Shown here: in pieces, positions 21,001 through 30,149 of the stretch
How positions within the stretch are numbered: the first letter of the stretch is position 1
Layout of the letters: each line of letters opens with the position of its first letter
Notes under the pieces: model-generated
The model's database searches: none
Told to the model about the DNA's origin: nothing
Seen by the model: the letters and a program-made list of their open reading frames with translations, nothing else
Translations under genes and position numbers: made by a program
From: a virus
Taxonomy: Duplodnaviria; Heunggongvirae; Uroviricota; Caudoviricetes
Reading direction: 5' to 3' (one strand)
IMG/VR virus record: IMGVR_UViG_2939142107_000001
Location: 1 to 64,000 of that record
Length of the DNA stretch: 64,000 bases

Positions 21001-21815
21001 ACGCGATCAAGGTCAATACTCATCGTGCTCGCTATTTAGGTGGTGAAATCTATACACCTGGAGCAGGAGCACAGGGTGGGGCGCAATATGGAGTGAGGGG
21101 ACCACTGCCTGATAACGCTGTTATCGATCAGTCTACTGGCCTGGCGTTTACCCCTGGTGATAGCCCGTTTGAGAAAGGCGGTCTGGTAGACAAAATCGGC
21201 AATGCTGTTGGCGTTAACGATCTGGTCAACAAATTCATGAATGGCCGGGGTATGCGTCGGGAAGTCGTTCAGGGAACGCTCGAAGAACGTGCACGAGGGA
21301 AGGGGACCGCAACAGCAGCTGGCAATGTGTATGTTGATACTCCGATGCCAGTTGAAGAGGTGCGTCCGGTGGCCAGCAACTCAAGTTACTTTGACCAACT
21401 CGGCGCACAAATGGGGATTGATGGACTATTCGATAAACTCCGCAACTCGCCGGGGATGCGGAAAAATAATGCGACTGAACCAGCCTCCACGTCCAAGGTG
21501 ACGACTGCCGCCAACGATTTGCAGCAACCAACCGGTCGTATGCAGATAGACGGGCAGGTTATTAGTGACCTTGGCGGTTCCGGTGCCAAGCCGACAATGC
21601 AGTTGGCTGATAATACCGTTTCACTTGATGGTGAAACGAAGCGGCTGTTTGCGCAGATGACCTCATTGCTTGCCAGGATTGAAGAGCACACCAAAGACTC
21701 GGCGAAAGGCCAGGGAACTGTCGTAAAGGTCAGCACGCCTCAGCCGGGCGTTATGCGCACGGTACCACTGTCAATTGATGATCCGTTGATGAATGACTAC
21801 GCGAGAGTTGATTGA
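18075..21815 (+). CDS. sit: Tape-measure/structural injection transglycosylase Sit
   Basis: 1246 aa. SLT lytic transglycosylase motif YAIAATESGGNPYAKSQTGALGMFQF. Gly/Ala/Lys-rich hydrophobic central part typical of tape measures. Confidence 0.85.
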   Translation: MERKNANIDDIIRTVETASAKELEELAGIREAVEDLKGERVATVDPVSRSVSALNRTIENSRPDFVTNAPSVDPIVDAIKRLNLGDVSRIREDKVTNREQQAAPTAHNPPNRRREAITEDVKAQRLETVKLARDLKGERVATVDPVSRSVSALNRTIENSRPDFVANVPSVDPIVDAMKRLNLGDVSRVVQEGIAQQEQQAKSTTPKGKKRRRKAIPEDIKAQRTEAAEHAREMFDQKGGAQKSQNQRDARGRFIGKLGSKAATEDARAERAEKARRKEDDERLNAESGLLKKLSKVAEGIGNPSETRAVDALGYAVAGPLWAAGKELGGISKEVGGSLNGARKSIADVIRGNDDNSRRKGFFRRKSQNSADVVQVNTQKRTVQELQEQTSEIKEGNDKILSALDQIAKNTGKKKGGLLSKLFSLLGKGAGGVASLLMGRGMLKKAGALAFGALGAKKLVGMLRGGGKKTIAHEGGDLAARAAGKLGLKAVGKGALRAIPLVGTVAGGIYDAVTGWNDTEAQRRAFGLKSGQDPSFQQKAAYTLANVLDMGGLVSGISSAIGEVLKSLGFEDIGNMLQSFSTESIAQAIDSGITNLETYISNLGDTISTKFEDYTAKIGDAVSAWFSDTSNKLLEKLDAIKDFFTVDNLKQVFSDAIDSAIDFIKNPGKHIKEAAGNIWDGVKNLPGKALDAAVDAVKNTPAAMIVSKIPNPIGEANAKEITPELKAPVNSEANAKEIAPELKAPVNSHQETSDSKTESDAKQTNIATRVINAALDTAKDSNKTVKQTANQIINANAVETGNSALQKIDKAIGQNSSSSSSLNTTGTRNDIQKAADTYNNGNLYVKVGSLGAEGKANLDKLAPYFAELENKYGLPEGTLYAIAATESGGNPYAKSQTGALGMFQFTGIAREETGLAEGESFDPVKSAEAAALLMSKYLKQANGDLNEAITAYNAGFGTINKWKKGTGDLSKENREYAIKVNTHRARYLGGEIYTPGAGAQGGAQYGVRGPLPDNAVIDQSTGLAFTPGDSPFEKGGLVDKIGNAVGVNDLVNKFMNGRGMRREVVQGTLEERARGKGTATAAGNVYVDTPMPVEEVRPVASNSSYFDQLGAQMGIDGLFDKLRNSPGMRKNNATEPASTSKVTTAANDLQQPTGRMQIDGQVISDLGGSGAKPTMQLADNTVSLDGETKRLFAQMTSLLARIEEHTKDSAKGQGTVVKVSTPQPGVMRTVPLSIDDPLMNDYARVD
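18177..18639 (+). repeat. In-frame duplication inside sit: ~165-bp conserved units at 18177-18342 and 18474-18639, period 297 bp (99 aa)
   Basis: DLKGERVATVDPVSRSVSALNRTIENSRPDFV.N.PSVDPIVDA.KRLNLGDVSR occurs twice, with near-identical DNA. Confidence 0.85.
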
Positions 21816-22171
21816 TGGCCAACAATAACGAAATTGATCCTTTGCTGACGCTGGAGTTATCCGGCGTAAAAACGTATGAGTCCCAGGAGGAGGCCTGGGG
21901 CGCTCGTTTATATGAGTGGCTAAACACTTATCAGGGTGAGGTATACGGAGATCCGTCATGGGGCAATGTTTTACCGCAGTTTAAACACGAACCGACCAAC
22001 TTGTCGCATGTTCAAATTGCGGTTGAGGCAATGCTGTTGCAAAAACTGACGGTAGATTTACCTGACATACCGATTTCTGGCTTGTCAGTAGCCGAGGGAG
22101 ATGCTTTTGATAAGTTGAAAATATCCATTCGTATCAGGGATATAACTATCACACAGGACGTGGTGCTATGA
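21812..22171 (+). CDS. pmgA: Baseplate wedge protein, gp25/GPW-like
   Basis: 119 aa with the pattern YQGEVYGDPSWGNVLPQFKHEP typical of gp25-like proteins. ATGA overlap with sit. Confidence 0.6.
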   Translation: MMANNNEIDPLLTLELSGVKTYESQEEAWGARLYEWLNTYQGEVYGDPSWGNVLPQFKHEPTNLSHVQIAVEAMLLQKLTVDLPDIPISGLSVAEGDAFDKLKISIRIRDITITQDVVL

Positions 22172-23601
22172 GTAAAACAACACCGACTAAAGACAGTATT
22201 CGTGCAGAGTTTGAAGAGCTTGTCGAGAAAGATTCATTCTGGTCGAAGTTTGTCGGCTCTCAATTTGTCTCGATGCTGACATTGTTTATTACCCAGATTG
22301 TCTACAGGTGCTTTCAGTATGCCGATGCGGCGCTGGCTGAAGGCTTTATATCGACCGCGACGCGGCGTTCCTCTATCCTGGCAGCGGCAGAAACGAATAG
22401 TTACGTTGGTACCAAGCCAACACCGTCATCGGGGATGATTGAGATCACCGCCACAAGTGAAGATGCCCCAGCGGTAATCCCCAAAAACATGCCTTTAATA
22501 TCTGACGACCAGTACCCTTACATGACTATGGATGTATGCAGGTTGGTTGACGGCACCGGTACGGTAGAAGTGGCACAGTTGGAAATCCAGGAGGTGACAT
22601 ATACCGTTACGGCAGCCAAAGAATTTCTGGAAGTCGTGTTATCAAAGGCTCTTACTGCTGTCTGCTATAAGCTGGAAGTATTCGTGACGACCGATGGTAA
22701 GACCACGCAGTGGTCTTCCAGCACTATGTTCCGGTTAGCCGGTAGTAAAAGCCAGGTCTACGTTGAGTTTTATAAACCATCCGAGCAGTTGGGGGTTCGA
22801 TTCGGCGATGGGCTAATTGGGCAAATACCGCCAGAAGGTTCGACAATTACGCTTAAGGTATGGTGCACCAACGGCGATATAACCCTGGTTGCTGGCCAAA
22901 ACCTGACGCCTGTCGATTCTGCGGCTAATTTAGCTAATTTGATTTCAGTTAAGACAACGACACCTATAACCGCAGGTACCGATGCTGAAACAACGGAGAT
23001 CACACGTAACCGTGCACAATATTACCTTGCCTATGATGATCAGGTCGTATGGGGCGGGGACTATACGTATTTTCTGGTTCGTAACATCCCGGGGCTGTCC
23101 TGGGTAAAGGCATGGGGCGAAGGCCAGCAAGAGAAATTAGATGGTGCTTATAATGTTCAGAATATCAATAAGATATTTATTTCAGGATGGCATCCAAATA
23201 AAAGCCAGTCAGAGCTTGAAGAAATGATCCTGACTGCCTTTAAGAAGGTACCGAATGAACTGAACAAGAAATTCTCTTATAAAGAGGTCAGAAAACTACC
23301 ATTTAAGATAACCATCACCGGGCGGATATCGGCAAGCCTGACTATTGAGAACGTGACTGATGAGTTGAAGTCGGCACTGGAAACAAAATTTGGGCGCGAC
23401 TCAAATTTCTTTGATCCGAACGGTGTCGGCAAGTACATCCTGATCAAGAAAAAAGACGTTTGGGCATTTATCGAAACGCTGGGTTATTTCCGCGACTTTT
23501 ATCTGGAATTTGTCGAGTGGAATGAGTCCAACGGCTTTTACGATTTCGTTTATCTGGATACAGAAAACTCCACCTTTAATATTTCGTATGAGGAGGAGTG
23601 A
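22168..23601 (+). CDS. bplA: Baseplate J-like protein
   Basis: 477 aa; overlapping start/stop with its neighbours; assigned by synteny. Confidence 0.6.
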   Translation: MSKTTPTKDSIRAEFEELVEKDSFWSKFVGSQFVSMLTLFITQIVYRCFQYADAALAEGFISTATRRSSILAAAETNSYVGTKPTPSSGMIEITATSEDAPAVIPKNMPLISDDQYPYMTMDVCRLVDGTGTVEVAQLEIQEVTYTVTAAKEFLEVVLSKALTAVCYKLEVFVTTDGKTTQWSSSTMFRLAGSKSQVYVEFYKPSEQLGVRFGDGLIGQIPPEGSTITLKVWCTNGDITLVAGQNLTPVDSAANLANLISVKTTTPITAGTDAETTEITRNRAQYYLAYDDQVVWGGDYTYFLVRNIPGLSWVKAWGEGQQEKLDGAYNVQNINKIFISGWHPNKSQSELEEMILTAFKKVPNELNKKFSYKEVRKLPFKITITGRISASLTIENVTDELKSALETKFGRDSNFFDPNGVGKYILIKKKDVWAFIETLGYFRDFYLEFVEWNESNGFYDFVYLDTENSTFNISYEEE

Positions 23602-24437
23602 TGCAACGTTCCTGGTTTAATAATCGGCTTACATCAGCTAAGCAAAAGTCATTGCTCTATAAATCATTGGCTGATTTGGTTCAGTCAATGATGGACACCT
23701 TTGTTGACCCATGGTTGGAGCGAATTACCAACCGGAAGTCTATTTTTTCCATGAGCAAGGAGGATCTGGAGACCAGGACAAATGAACTTGGCCAGTTCTT
23801 TACTATCAGAACCTCAAACTCATCTTCCGTTCCGATGTTGTTACAACAGCGGCTTGATGAGATTCACTTTAAGGGGACTGAACGCCCTATAAACCAGACA
23901 ATTTACCGCGAATTTAATGGTATTTCTGTTTTATGGGATCCGATATATGCACCGGTGGACCTTGAACGTCATCCCTATGGCACAGTTCTAATACCAGAAA
24001 GCACACTGGAAACTACCGGCGGCACATTCGGCGAGATGTTTCTGACTTCCAGAGGGATGATCAGTATTCCCATAAACGACCTGGCCCGGACAATGGGTAT
24101 TACTGGCACGATAGATCAGTCCGCAATTACAGAAGAAATTCTCAGAAAGTTTAATCAGTTCGTAAAGCCTCTACTGCCACTGCATATAGTGTTTGATGGG
24201 CTTACGCTCTATTTGTCGGTTGTTGTGAATGAACAGGCCGACATGATCACTTTGAACGAGATTTCTGATACCGAAAAAGCGTACTGCTGGTTTGAAACTT
24301 CGGATACAACTTCGCTTACTGGAGTTACGTCGATTAGCGCCCCGATCACCGCAACGCCTGGTGGCACTATTGTGAAAGCGACACCTACGTTTGATCGCAC
24401 ACGCGCAGATGATTTGTTGCTGGATAGCGACGCCTGA
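23598..24437 (+). CDS. 16: Baseplate/tail protein (gene 16)
   Basis: 279 aa; assigned by synteny. Confidence 0.55.
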   Translation: MMQRSWFNNRLTSAKQKSLLYKSLADLVQSMMDTFVDPWLERITNRKSIFSMSKEDLETRTNELGQFFTIRTSNSSSVPMLLQQRLDEIHFKGTERPINQTIYREFNGISVLWDPIYAPVDLERHPYGTVLIPESTLETTGGTFGEMFLTSRGMISIPINDLARTMGITGTIDQSAITEEILRKFNQFVKPLLPLHIVFDGLTLYLSVVVNEQADMITLNEISDTEKAYCWFETSDTTSLTGVTSISAPITATPGGTIVKATPTFDRTRADDLLLDSDA

Positions 24438-24465
24438 CAATCACCCCGTCCGCAGGGCGGGGTGA

Positions 24466-24485
24466 CAAGTTACTTCTCTTACAAT
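24466..24485 (+). promoter_or_regulatory. Candidate late promoter for the R-S-U operon
   Basis: CAAGTTACTTCTCTTACAAT resembles the AAGTGACTTT..-10 pattern seen upstream of genes 23 and lyz. Confidence 0.4.
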
Positions 24486-24515
24486 GAGGCTTCACAACAT
24501 TGATTAGGGAAAATC

Positions 24516-24950
24516 ATGTCTGACGTCTCAACAAACCTCTATAAGAGTCAGTTGTTGGACTATTACTATCAGCGGCGCGCTGAATCGTCCATTAACAAAG
24601 GCTCTCGATTTTTAATCAGCAAGGCCGTTTTCGGTACCAGTTCACTGGTTACTAAGAAAGGAGATGGCACTTATGAGATTGGAGAACTGCCAAAGGCTTT
24701 CGATCTGGCAGAACTGACCAGTAAATTTTGCACCATCAACCTCGTCCCAACCTACTCAGGCGGGATAATTACTGTCCGAATGGACCTTGATCAAAGCCAG
24801 TTGCAGAAAGGGAAAAACTACCCATTCAACACTCTGGTTGTTCTGGATAACGAGAACAAGCCAATCGCCATTATTTGTGTCCAGGAAGACTCGCTGTATG
24901 TGGGCAAAACATATACCGCAGTTATGGCCATAAACACGACTACAGCATAA
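24516..24950 (+). CDS. R: Tail fibre-associated protein R
   Basis: 144 aa, directly upstream of S. Confidence 0.65.
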   Translation: MSDVSTNLYKSQLLDYYYQRRAESSINKGSRFLISKAVFGTSSLVTKKGDGTYEIGELPKAFDLAELTSKFCTINLVPTYSGGIITVRMDLDQSQLQKGKNYPFNTLVVLDNENKPIAIICVQEDSLYVGKTYTAVMAINTTTA

Positions 24951-24961
24951 GGATATGCTTG

Positions 24962-27900
24962 ATGAATGACGTTACAGTTGTCACATCGGTTACTTACCCA
25001 TCACCCGAGTCGTTGGCTCTGGTGGCTGATGTGCAATACCACGAACCATATCTGTCAGCCGCGCTAAACCGAAAATTCAGGGGAATTGTTGACCCTGGAT
25101 TTTATGCCGGTTTTTTTCCTAAGCCTGGCGGTGGGATGAACCTGTTAATCACCTCAGTGGATGGTGATAAAACCGCTGGCGCGGCGTCAGTGAATATTGG
25201 TGAATTCTACCAGGTAACTATTCAGCAGCGTAAGGATATTTCTCTTGCACTTAGCGCAGGTAAGAAATATGCAATTGTGCTGAAGGGAAGATACCTCCTT
25301 GGAGAAGATTCTTATCAGGTTAATACCGCGTCACATATTCATGCGGCTGAATTTGTTGCCAGAACCTATACCGATTCATATCAGTTAGGAGATGGGGAAC
25401 TGCTTGTTTGTACGGTGAATATCCCTGCTGGCGTATCTGCTATTACTAAGGAAATGATAGATGTATCCGACCGCATCGATCTCGCGATAGGCATTGAAAT
25501 TTCCGACTCTGTAACCAGTACCAGAAGTGATGTCGCTGCAAGTTCGCTGGCGGTTAAAAAAGCCTACGATCTGGCTAAAAGCAAGTATACGGCGCAGGAT
25601 GCAAGCACAACACAAAAGGGATTAGTTCAGCTCAGTAGCGCAACTAACAGCGACAGCGAAACAATGGCGGCTACCCCTAAAGCCGTTAAGTCTGTAAAAG
25701 AGCTGGCTGATACCAAAGCGCCAATAGAAAGCCCGAGTCTGACAGGAACGCCAACCGCGCCGACGGCAGCGCAAGGTACAAACAGCACGCAGATCGCAAA
25801 TACAGCCTTTGTTAAGGCAGCTATAACGGCACTTATCAACGGTGCACCTGGCACACTGGATACGCTTAAAGAAATAGCTGCTGCGATCAATAACGACCCG
25901 AATTTCAGCACAACTATCAACAATGCTCTGGCTCTTAAAGCTCCTTTAGCAAGTCCTGCATTAACGGGAATACCTACTGCGCCTACCGCTGCACAGGGTA
26001 CGAATAACACGCAGATTGCTACGACCGCTTATGTAAGAGCTGCTATCTCTGCATTGGTCGGCTCATCACCTGAAGCTCTTGATACCCTGAATGAGCTTGC
26101 AGCAGCACTGGGCAATGACCCGAACTTTGCGACAACAATGACAAATGCGCTGGCAGGCAAACAGCCTCTGGATGCAACTTTAACCGCGCTTGCTGGTCTT
26201 GCGACAGGCGCAAATAAATTGCCGTACTTTACCGGTACAGACACTGTTTCCCAGACTGATTTAACGTCAGTCGGTCGCGATATCCTGGCTAAAACAAGCA
26301 CACTGGCTGTTATCCAATACCTTGGTTTAAGAGAAATCGGAACCAGCGGCGAAAAGATCCCCCTGTTGAGCACAGCTAATACCTGGAGTTCTCAACAGAC
26401 TTTCAAAGGTAAGACAGCGTTTTCAGCCGCTGCTACATTTAGTGCCGGGATAGCAGGAGCCATCGAGCCGGAAAAAATTGGCGACCAGACGGTTGATCTT
26501 AACAACCTGACCATCAGCTCAGATGTCGGGGCAATTAAATATTATTATTGTCCAACCTTTGGAGGTGGTGCAAATATCACCAACAAGCCTGACGGCGTAA
26601 ACGGTAACTTTTTGCTCCGTGTAGAGTCGACTCGCAAAGTTTCTGCTTCGGATTATGCGAACATGCAAACGCTGATCAGCAACGACACAAAACGTATATA
26701 CGTTCGCTTTGTTGTTAATGGAAGCTGGGCAGCGTGGAGTCAGGTTGTTGTTTCCGGATGGGGTCAGGATGTAAGTGTTAAGTCTCTTAGTGCCGTGGCT
26801 CTTAGTGGATCTTTGACAGGTAATGCATCCACCGCCACAAAACTGCAAACAGCACGCACAATCGGCGGAGTGTCGTTCGATGGTAGTGCCAATATCGACC
26901 TGCCGGGCGTGAATAAAGCAGGTAATCAGAGCACTACCGGCAATGCTGCAACCGCTACGAAACTGCAAACAGCCCGCACAATCAACGGTGTTAAGTTTGA
27001 TGGTTCTGCGAACATTTCGATACCAACAATTACGTCCAGAGGGCGTGTTACTGCGCTCACCGATACAACACAAGGTGCTGCTACTGGATTGCAGATGTAT
27101 GAGGCGTACAACAATAGCTACCCGACCGCGTATGGCAACGTATTGCACATGAAAGGTGCGAGTGCTGCTGGTGAGGGCGAGTTGCTTATTGGCTGGAGTG
27201 GTACGAGCGGTGCACATGCGCCGGTTTTCATTCGCTCCCGAAGAGATCACACTGATGCGGCATGGTCAGCGTGGGCGCAGGTATATACATCAAGGGACTC
27301 CATTCCTGGTGTGAATGCCACTGGCAATCAGAATACAACTGGCAATGCAGCAACTGCTACAAAACTACAGACGGCAAGAACTATCGGCGGAGTTAGCTTT
27401 GATGGTACTGCGAATATTAATTTACCTGGTGTTAACGTTGCGGGTAATCAGAATACATCCGGTAACGCGGCTACAGCGACCAAGTTACAAACCGCTAGAA
27501 CTATAAATGGGGTGTCGTTTGACGGTTCTAAAAACATTGAGCTAACTCCAAGGTCTATAGGCACGATCAACTCAATAACAATGTCTTTTAGTGGTGGTGC
27601 TGGATGGTTCAAGCTGGCAACTGTAACCATGCCACAGGCCAGTTCCGTGGTTTACATAAGCCTGATTGGTAGTTCTGGATATAATGTTAACTCCCCTATG
27701 CAGGCTGGTATATCTGAACTTGTTCTTCGTGCGGGAAATGGGAATCCAAAAGGTCTTACTGGTGCGTTATGGCGACGGACATCGGTTGGATTTACTAATT
27801 TTGCATGGGTGAATACATCCGGTGATACCTATGATGTTTATGTTGAAATAGGTAATTTCGCCACGGGTGTAAATATCCAGTGGGATTATACCAGTAACGC

Positions 27901-29662
27901 CAGCGTAACGATTCATACATCACCATCTTATACAGCGAATAAACCAACAGGCCTGACAGATGGAACTGTATATGTAATTTACAGTTCGCACATTAAACCG
28001 ACCGCCACGGATGTCGGCGCATTACCAATAACCGGAGGAAATCTCAACGGCGGTTTAACGGCTACTGGTGAGATCATTTCAAAATCGGCGAATGGTCTGC
28101 GTATTGCCTACGGAAACTACGGATTCTTTATCCGAAACGATGGTTCAAACACATATTTCATGTTGACCAATTCGGGTAACAGCCTGGGAACCTATAATAA
28201 TTTAAGGCCGCTTATCATTAACAATGCCAATGGTACTGTTACGATCGGTAATGGACTCAATGTTACTGGCGGCATCAATGGTAGTTTGAACGGTAATGCT
28301 GCAACTGCAACAAAACTGCAAACAGCACGCACAATAGGCGGAGTGTCATTCGATGGTAGTGCCAATATCGACCTGCCAGGTGTGAATAAAGCAGGTAATC
28401 AGAGCACTACTGGCAATGCTGCAACTGCAACAAAACTGCAAACAGCACGCACAATCGGCGGAGTGTCGTTCGATGGTAGTGCCAATATCGACCTGCCGGG
28501 CGTGAATAAAACAGGTAATCAGAGCACTACCGGTAATGCAGCTACGGCTACCAAATTGCTAACAGCGCGTACCATTAATGGGGTTTCATTTGACGGTTCT
28601 GCGAATATTTCACTGTCACCAGCAAATATTGGTTGCCCGGCATCTCCTACTGGTTGGTTAAAAACAGGTAATAACGGTGAGTCAATAACGACAGCTCAGT
28701 TAGTTACTTTGTTGCAAAATAATGGGGCATTCAATACGAAAGCATGGTTCGCTCGTTGTGCATGGTCGTATGCAACTAGTGCATCCATACCAGACAGTGA
28801 AACTGGTTGTGGCATTATTCCACTGGCGGGTGCTGTGATAGAAGTATTCAGCAATAATACCGACAATTACACTATTCGAATAACAACAGCCACGACGACA
28901 AGTGTCTCTGGTGCACTCACTAATGCGGAGTTTATCTATGTGTTTAACGTGTCTGGCAGCACAAGTTATTCACCTGGATGGCGCAGAGCGTATAACACTA
29001 AAAATAAACCTACTACTACTGACCTTGGCTTGAGCGATGAAAGTGGATACGTTGGGCGCCTGATAAGCACTAGGGTTTTCACGTCATCAGGTACGTACAT
29101 CCCGACGCCAGGAACAAAACGGCTCAGGGTCACAATAACGGGCGGCGGTGGCGGAGGGGGCGGCTGCAAGGCTACATCCAATAATGAAACGTTTTTCGGT
29201 GCTGGCGGTGGGGCCGGTGGAACAATAATTTCAATAATGACCCCGACACAGAATAGTTATCCAGTCACTATCGGCGCAGGTGGGGCCGGTGGTGTTAGTG
29301 CGACGAACGGCACCAGGGGCGGGAATAGCGTATTCGCATCGTTAATTGCTCCTGGTGGCGCAGGCGGCGGGAAAGTGGGTGTTACAAACACAAACGGCGG
29401 TAACGGAGGTGTGCCGAGTACTGGCGATATCCGCATCACTGGTGGAGATGGAGGCGACGGTCAGTCCGGAAATATCAGCGTCAGCGGTGAAGGCGGAACA
29501 TCGCACTGGGGCGGCGGTGGACGCGCAGGCGCTGGCGGTGGTGTTATCGGTAAAGCATATGGTTCAGGCGGAGGTGGCGCATACGATGCCGGTTATAGCG
29601 GAACCAGTATGACGGGCGGGAAAGGTGCTTCAGGGATTTGTATTATCGAGGAGTTTGCATAA
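24962..29662 (+). CDS. S: Tail fibre protein S, 1566 aa: P1-like constant N-terminal part fused to a very long mosaic distal part ending in a glycine-rich domain
   Basis: The ATG at 24962 (MNDVTVVTSVTYPSPE...) follows the R stop. Contains tail-fibre repeats (SP.LTG.PTAPTAAQGTN.TQIA.TA.V) and many GNAATATKLQTARTI.GV.FDGSANI units. The ORF track extends it upstream to 24875, overlapping R. Confidence 0.9.
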   Translation: MNDVTVVTSVTYPSPESLALVADVQYHEPYLSAALNRKFRGIVDPGFYAGFFPKPGGGMNLLITSVDGDKTAGAASVNIGEFYQVTIQQRKDISLALSAGKKYAIVLKGRYLLGEDSYQVNTASHIHAAEFVARTYTDSYQLGDGELLVCTVNIPAGVSAITKEMIDVSDRIDLAIGIEISDSVTSTRSDVAASSLAVKKAYDLAKSKYTAQDASTTQKGLVQLSSATNSDSETMAATPKAVKSVKELADTKAPIESPSLTGTPTAPTAAQGTNSTQIANTAFVKAAITALINGAPGTLDTLKEIAAAINNDPNFSTTINNALALKAPLASPALTGIPTAPTAAQGTNNTQIATTAYVRAAISALVGSSPEALDTLNELAAALGNDPNFATTMTNALAGKQPLDATLTALAGLATGANKLPYFTGTDTVSQTDLTSVGRDILAKTSTLAVIQYLGLREIGTSGEKIPLLSTANTWSSQQTFKGKTAFSAAATFSAGIAGAIEPEKIGDQTVDLNNLTISSDVGAIKYYYCPTFGGGANITNKPDGVNGNFLLRVESTRKVSASDYANMQTLISNDTKRIYVRFVVNGSWAAWSQVVVSGWGQDVSVKSLSAVALSGSLTGNASTATKLQTARTIGGVSFDGSANIDLPGVNKAGNQSTTGNAATATKLQTARTINGVKFDGSANISIPTITSRGRVTALTDTTQGAATGLQMYEAYNNSYPTAYGNVLHMKGASAAGEGELLIGWSGTSGAHAPVFIRSRRDHTDAAWSAWAQVYTSRDSIPGVNATGNQNTTGNAATATKLQTARTIGGVSFDGTANINLPGVNVAGNQNTSGNAATATKLQTARTINGVSFDGSKNIELTPRSIGTINSITMSFSGGAGWFKLATVTMPQASSVVYISLIGSSGYNVNSPMQAGISELVLRAGNGNPKGLTGALWRRTSVGFTNFAWVNTSGDTYDVYVEIGNFATGVNIQWDYTSNASVTIHTSPSYTANKPTGLTDGTVYVIYSSHIKPTATDVGALPITGGNLNGGLTATGEIISKSANGLRIAYGNYGFFIRNDGSNTYFMLTNSGNSLGTYNNLRPLIINNANGTVTIGNGLNVTGGINGSLNGNAATATKLQTARTIGGVSFDGSANIDLPGVNKAGNQSTTGNAATATKLQTARTIGGVSFDGSANIDLPGVNKTGNQSTTGNAATATKLLTARTINGVSFDGSANISLSPANIGCPASPTGWLKTGNNGESITTAQLVTLLQNNGAFNTKAWFARCAWSYATSASIPDSETGCGIIPLAGAVIEVFSNNTDNYTIRITTATTTSVSGALTNAEFIYVFNVSGSTSYSPGWRRAYNTKNKPTTTDLGLSDESGYVGRLISTRVFTSSGTYIPTPGTKRLRVTITGGGGGGGGCKATSNNETFFGAGGGAGGTIISIMTPTQNSYPVTIGAGGAGGVSATNGTRGGNSVFASLIAPGGAGGGKVGVTNTNGGNGGVPSTGDIRITGGDGGDGQSGNISVSGEGGTSHWGGGGRAGAGGGVIGKAYGSGGGGAYDAGYSGTSMTGGKGASGICIIEEFA
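26310..26335. other. cix/hix/gix-family 26-bp invertase crossover site (orphan cixL) at the constant/variable junction of S
   Basis: The reverse complement TTCTCTTAAACCAAGGTATTGGATAA resembles hixL TTCTTGAAAACCAAGGTTTTTGATAA. It encodes IQYLGLRE in S. Confidence 0.7.
26815..28620 (+). repeat. Dispersed and tandem ~120-bp coding repeats within S (about 8 or more units in three clusters near 26815-27010, 27315-27540 and 28290-28620)
   Basis: Near-identical DNA segments such as ...caaaactgcaaacagcacgcacaatcggcggagtgtcgttcgatggtagtgccaatatcgacctgccgggcgtgaataaa... at ~26835 and ~28435. Confidence 0.85.
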
Positions 29663-30072
29663 TGAATACGTCATATGCAGTTATTGAAAATGGGATGGTT
29701 GTGAATGTCATTGTCTGGGATGGCGAGGCTGAATTCACAGTGCCGGATAATCAGCAGCTCATTAATATTTCTGATATCAGTGAGCAGCCCGGAATCGGCT
29801 GGGTGTATTCAGACGGGGGATTTACTGCGCCACCCACTCCGGAACGTTCTCATGATGAACTGGTAGCTGACGCTGAACAGAAAAAAAAGTCGCTGATTGA
29901 TACCGCAATGGCTTCCATTAGTCTTATTCAACTGAAATTACAGGCCGGACGGAATCTTACGCAGGCTGAAACCACCCGTCTTAACGCTGTGTTGGATTAT
30001 ATCGATGCGGTGACCGCAACGGATACCAGCACTGCACCAGATGTCAATTGGCCAGCGTTCCCGGAGGCGTAG
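29662..30072 (+). CDS. U: Tail fibre assembly chaperone U (Tfa family)
   Basis: 136 aa; TAATG overlap with S. Tfa-like sequence MNTSYAVIENGMVVNVIVWDG... Confidence 0.8.
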   Translation: MNTSYAVIENGMVVNVIVWDGEAEFTVPDNQQLINISDISEQPGIGWVYSDGGFTAPPTPERSHDELVADAEQKKKSLIDTAMASISLIQLKLQAGRNLTQAETTRLNAVLDYIDAVTATDTSTAPDVNWPAFPEA

Positions 30073-30149
30073 CCCATTAAAAAAATATCTGGAGCGCTGG
30101 AAGTAACGACTGGTTCCAGTGCATCCAGATAAGATGATTACTGTTCATG

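Noticed and set aside
26815-28620. Regularly recurring ~120-bp repeats, considered as a possible CRISPR-like or other non-coding array
   Set aside because: The repeats are in frame within S and encode the tail-fibre GNAATATKLQTARTI... unit. Spacing is irregular, the intervening segments are coding globular domains, and no leader or cas genes are present.
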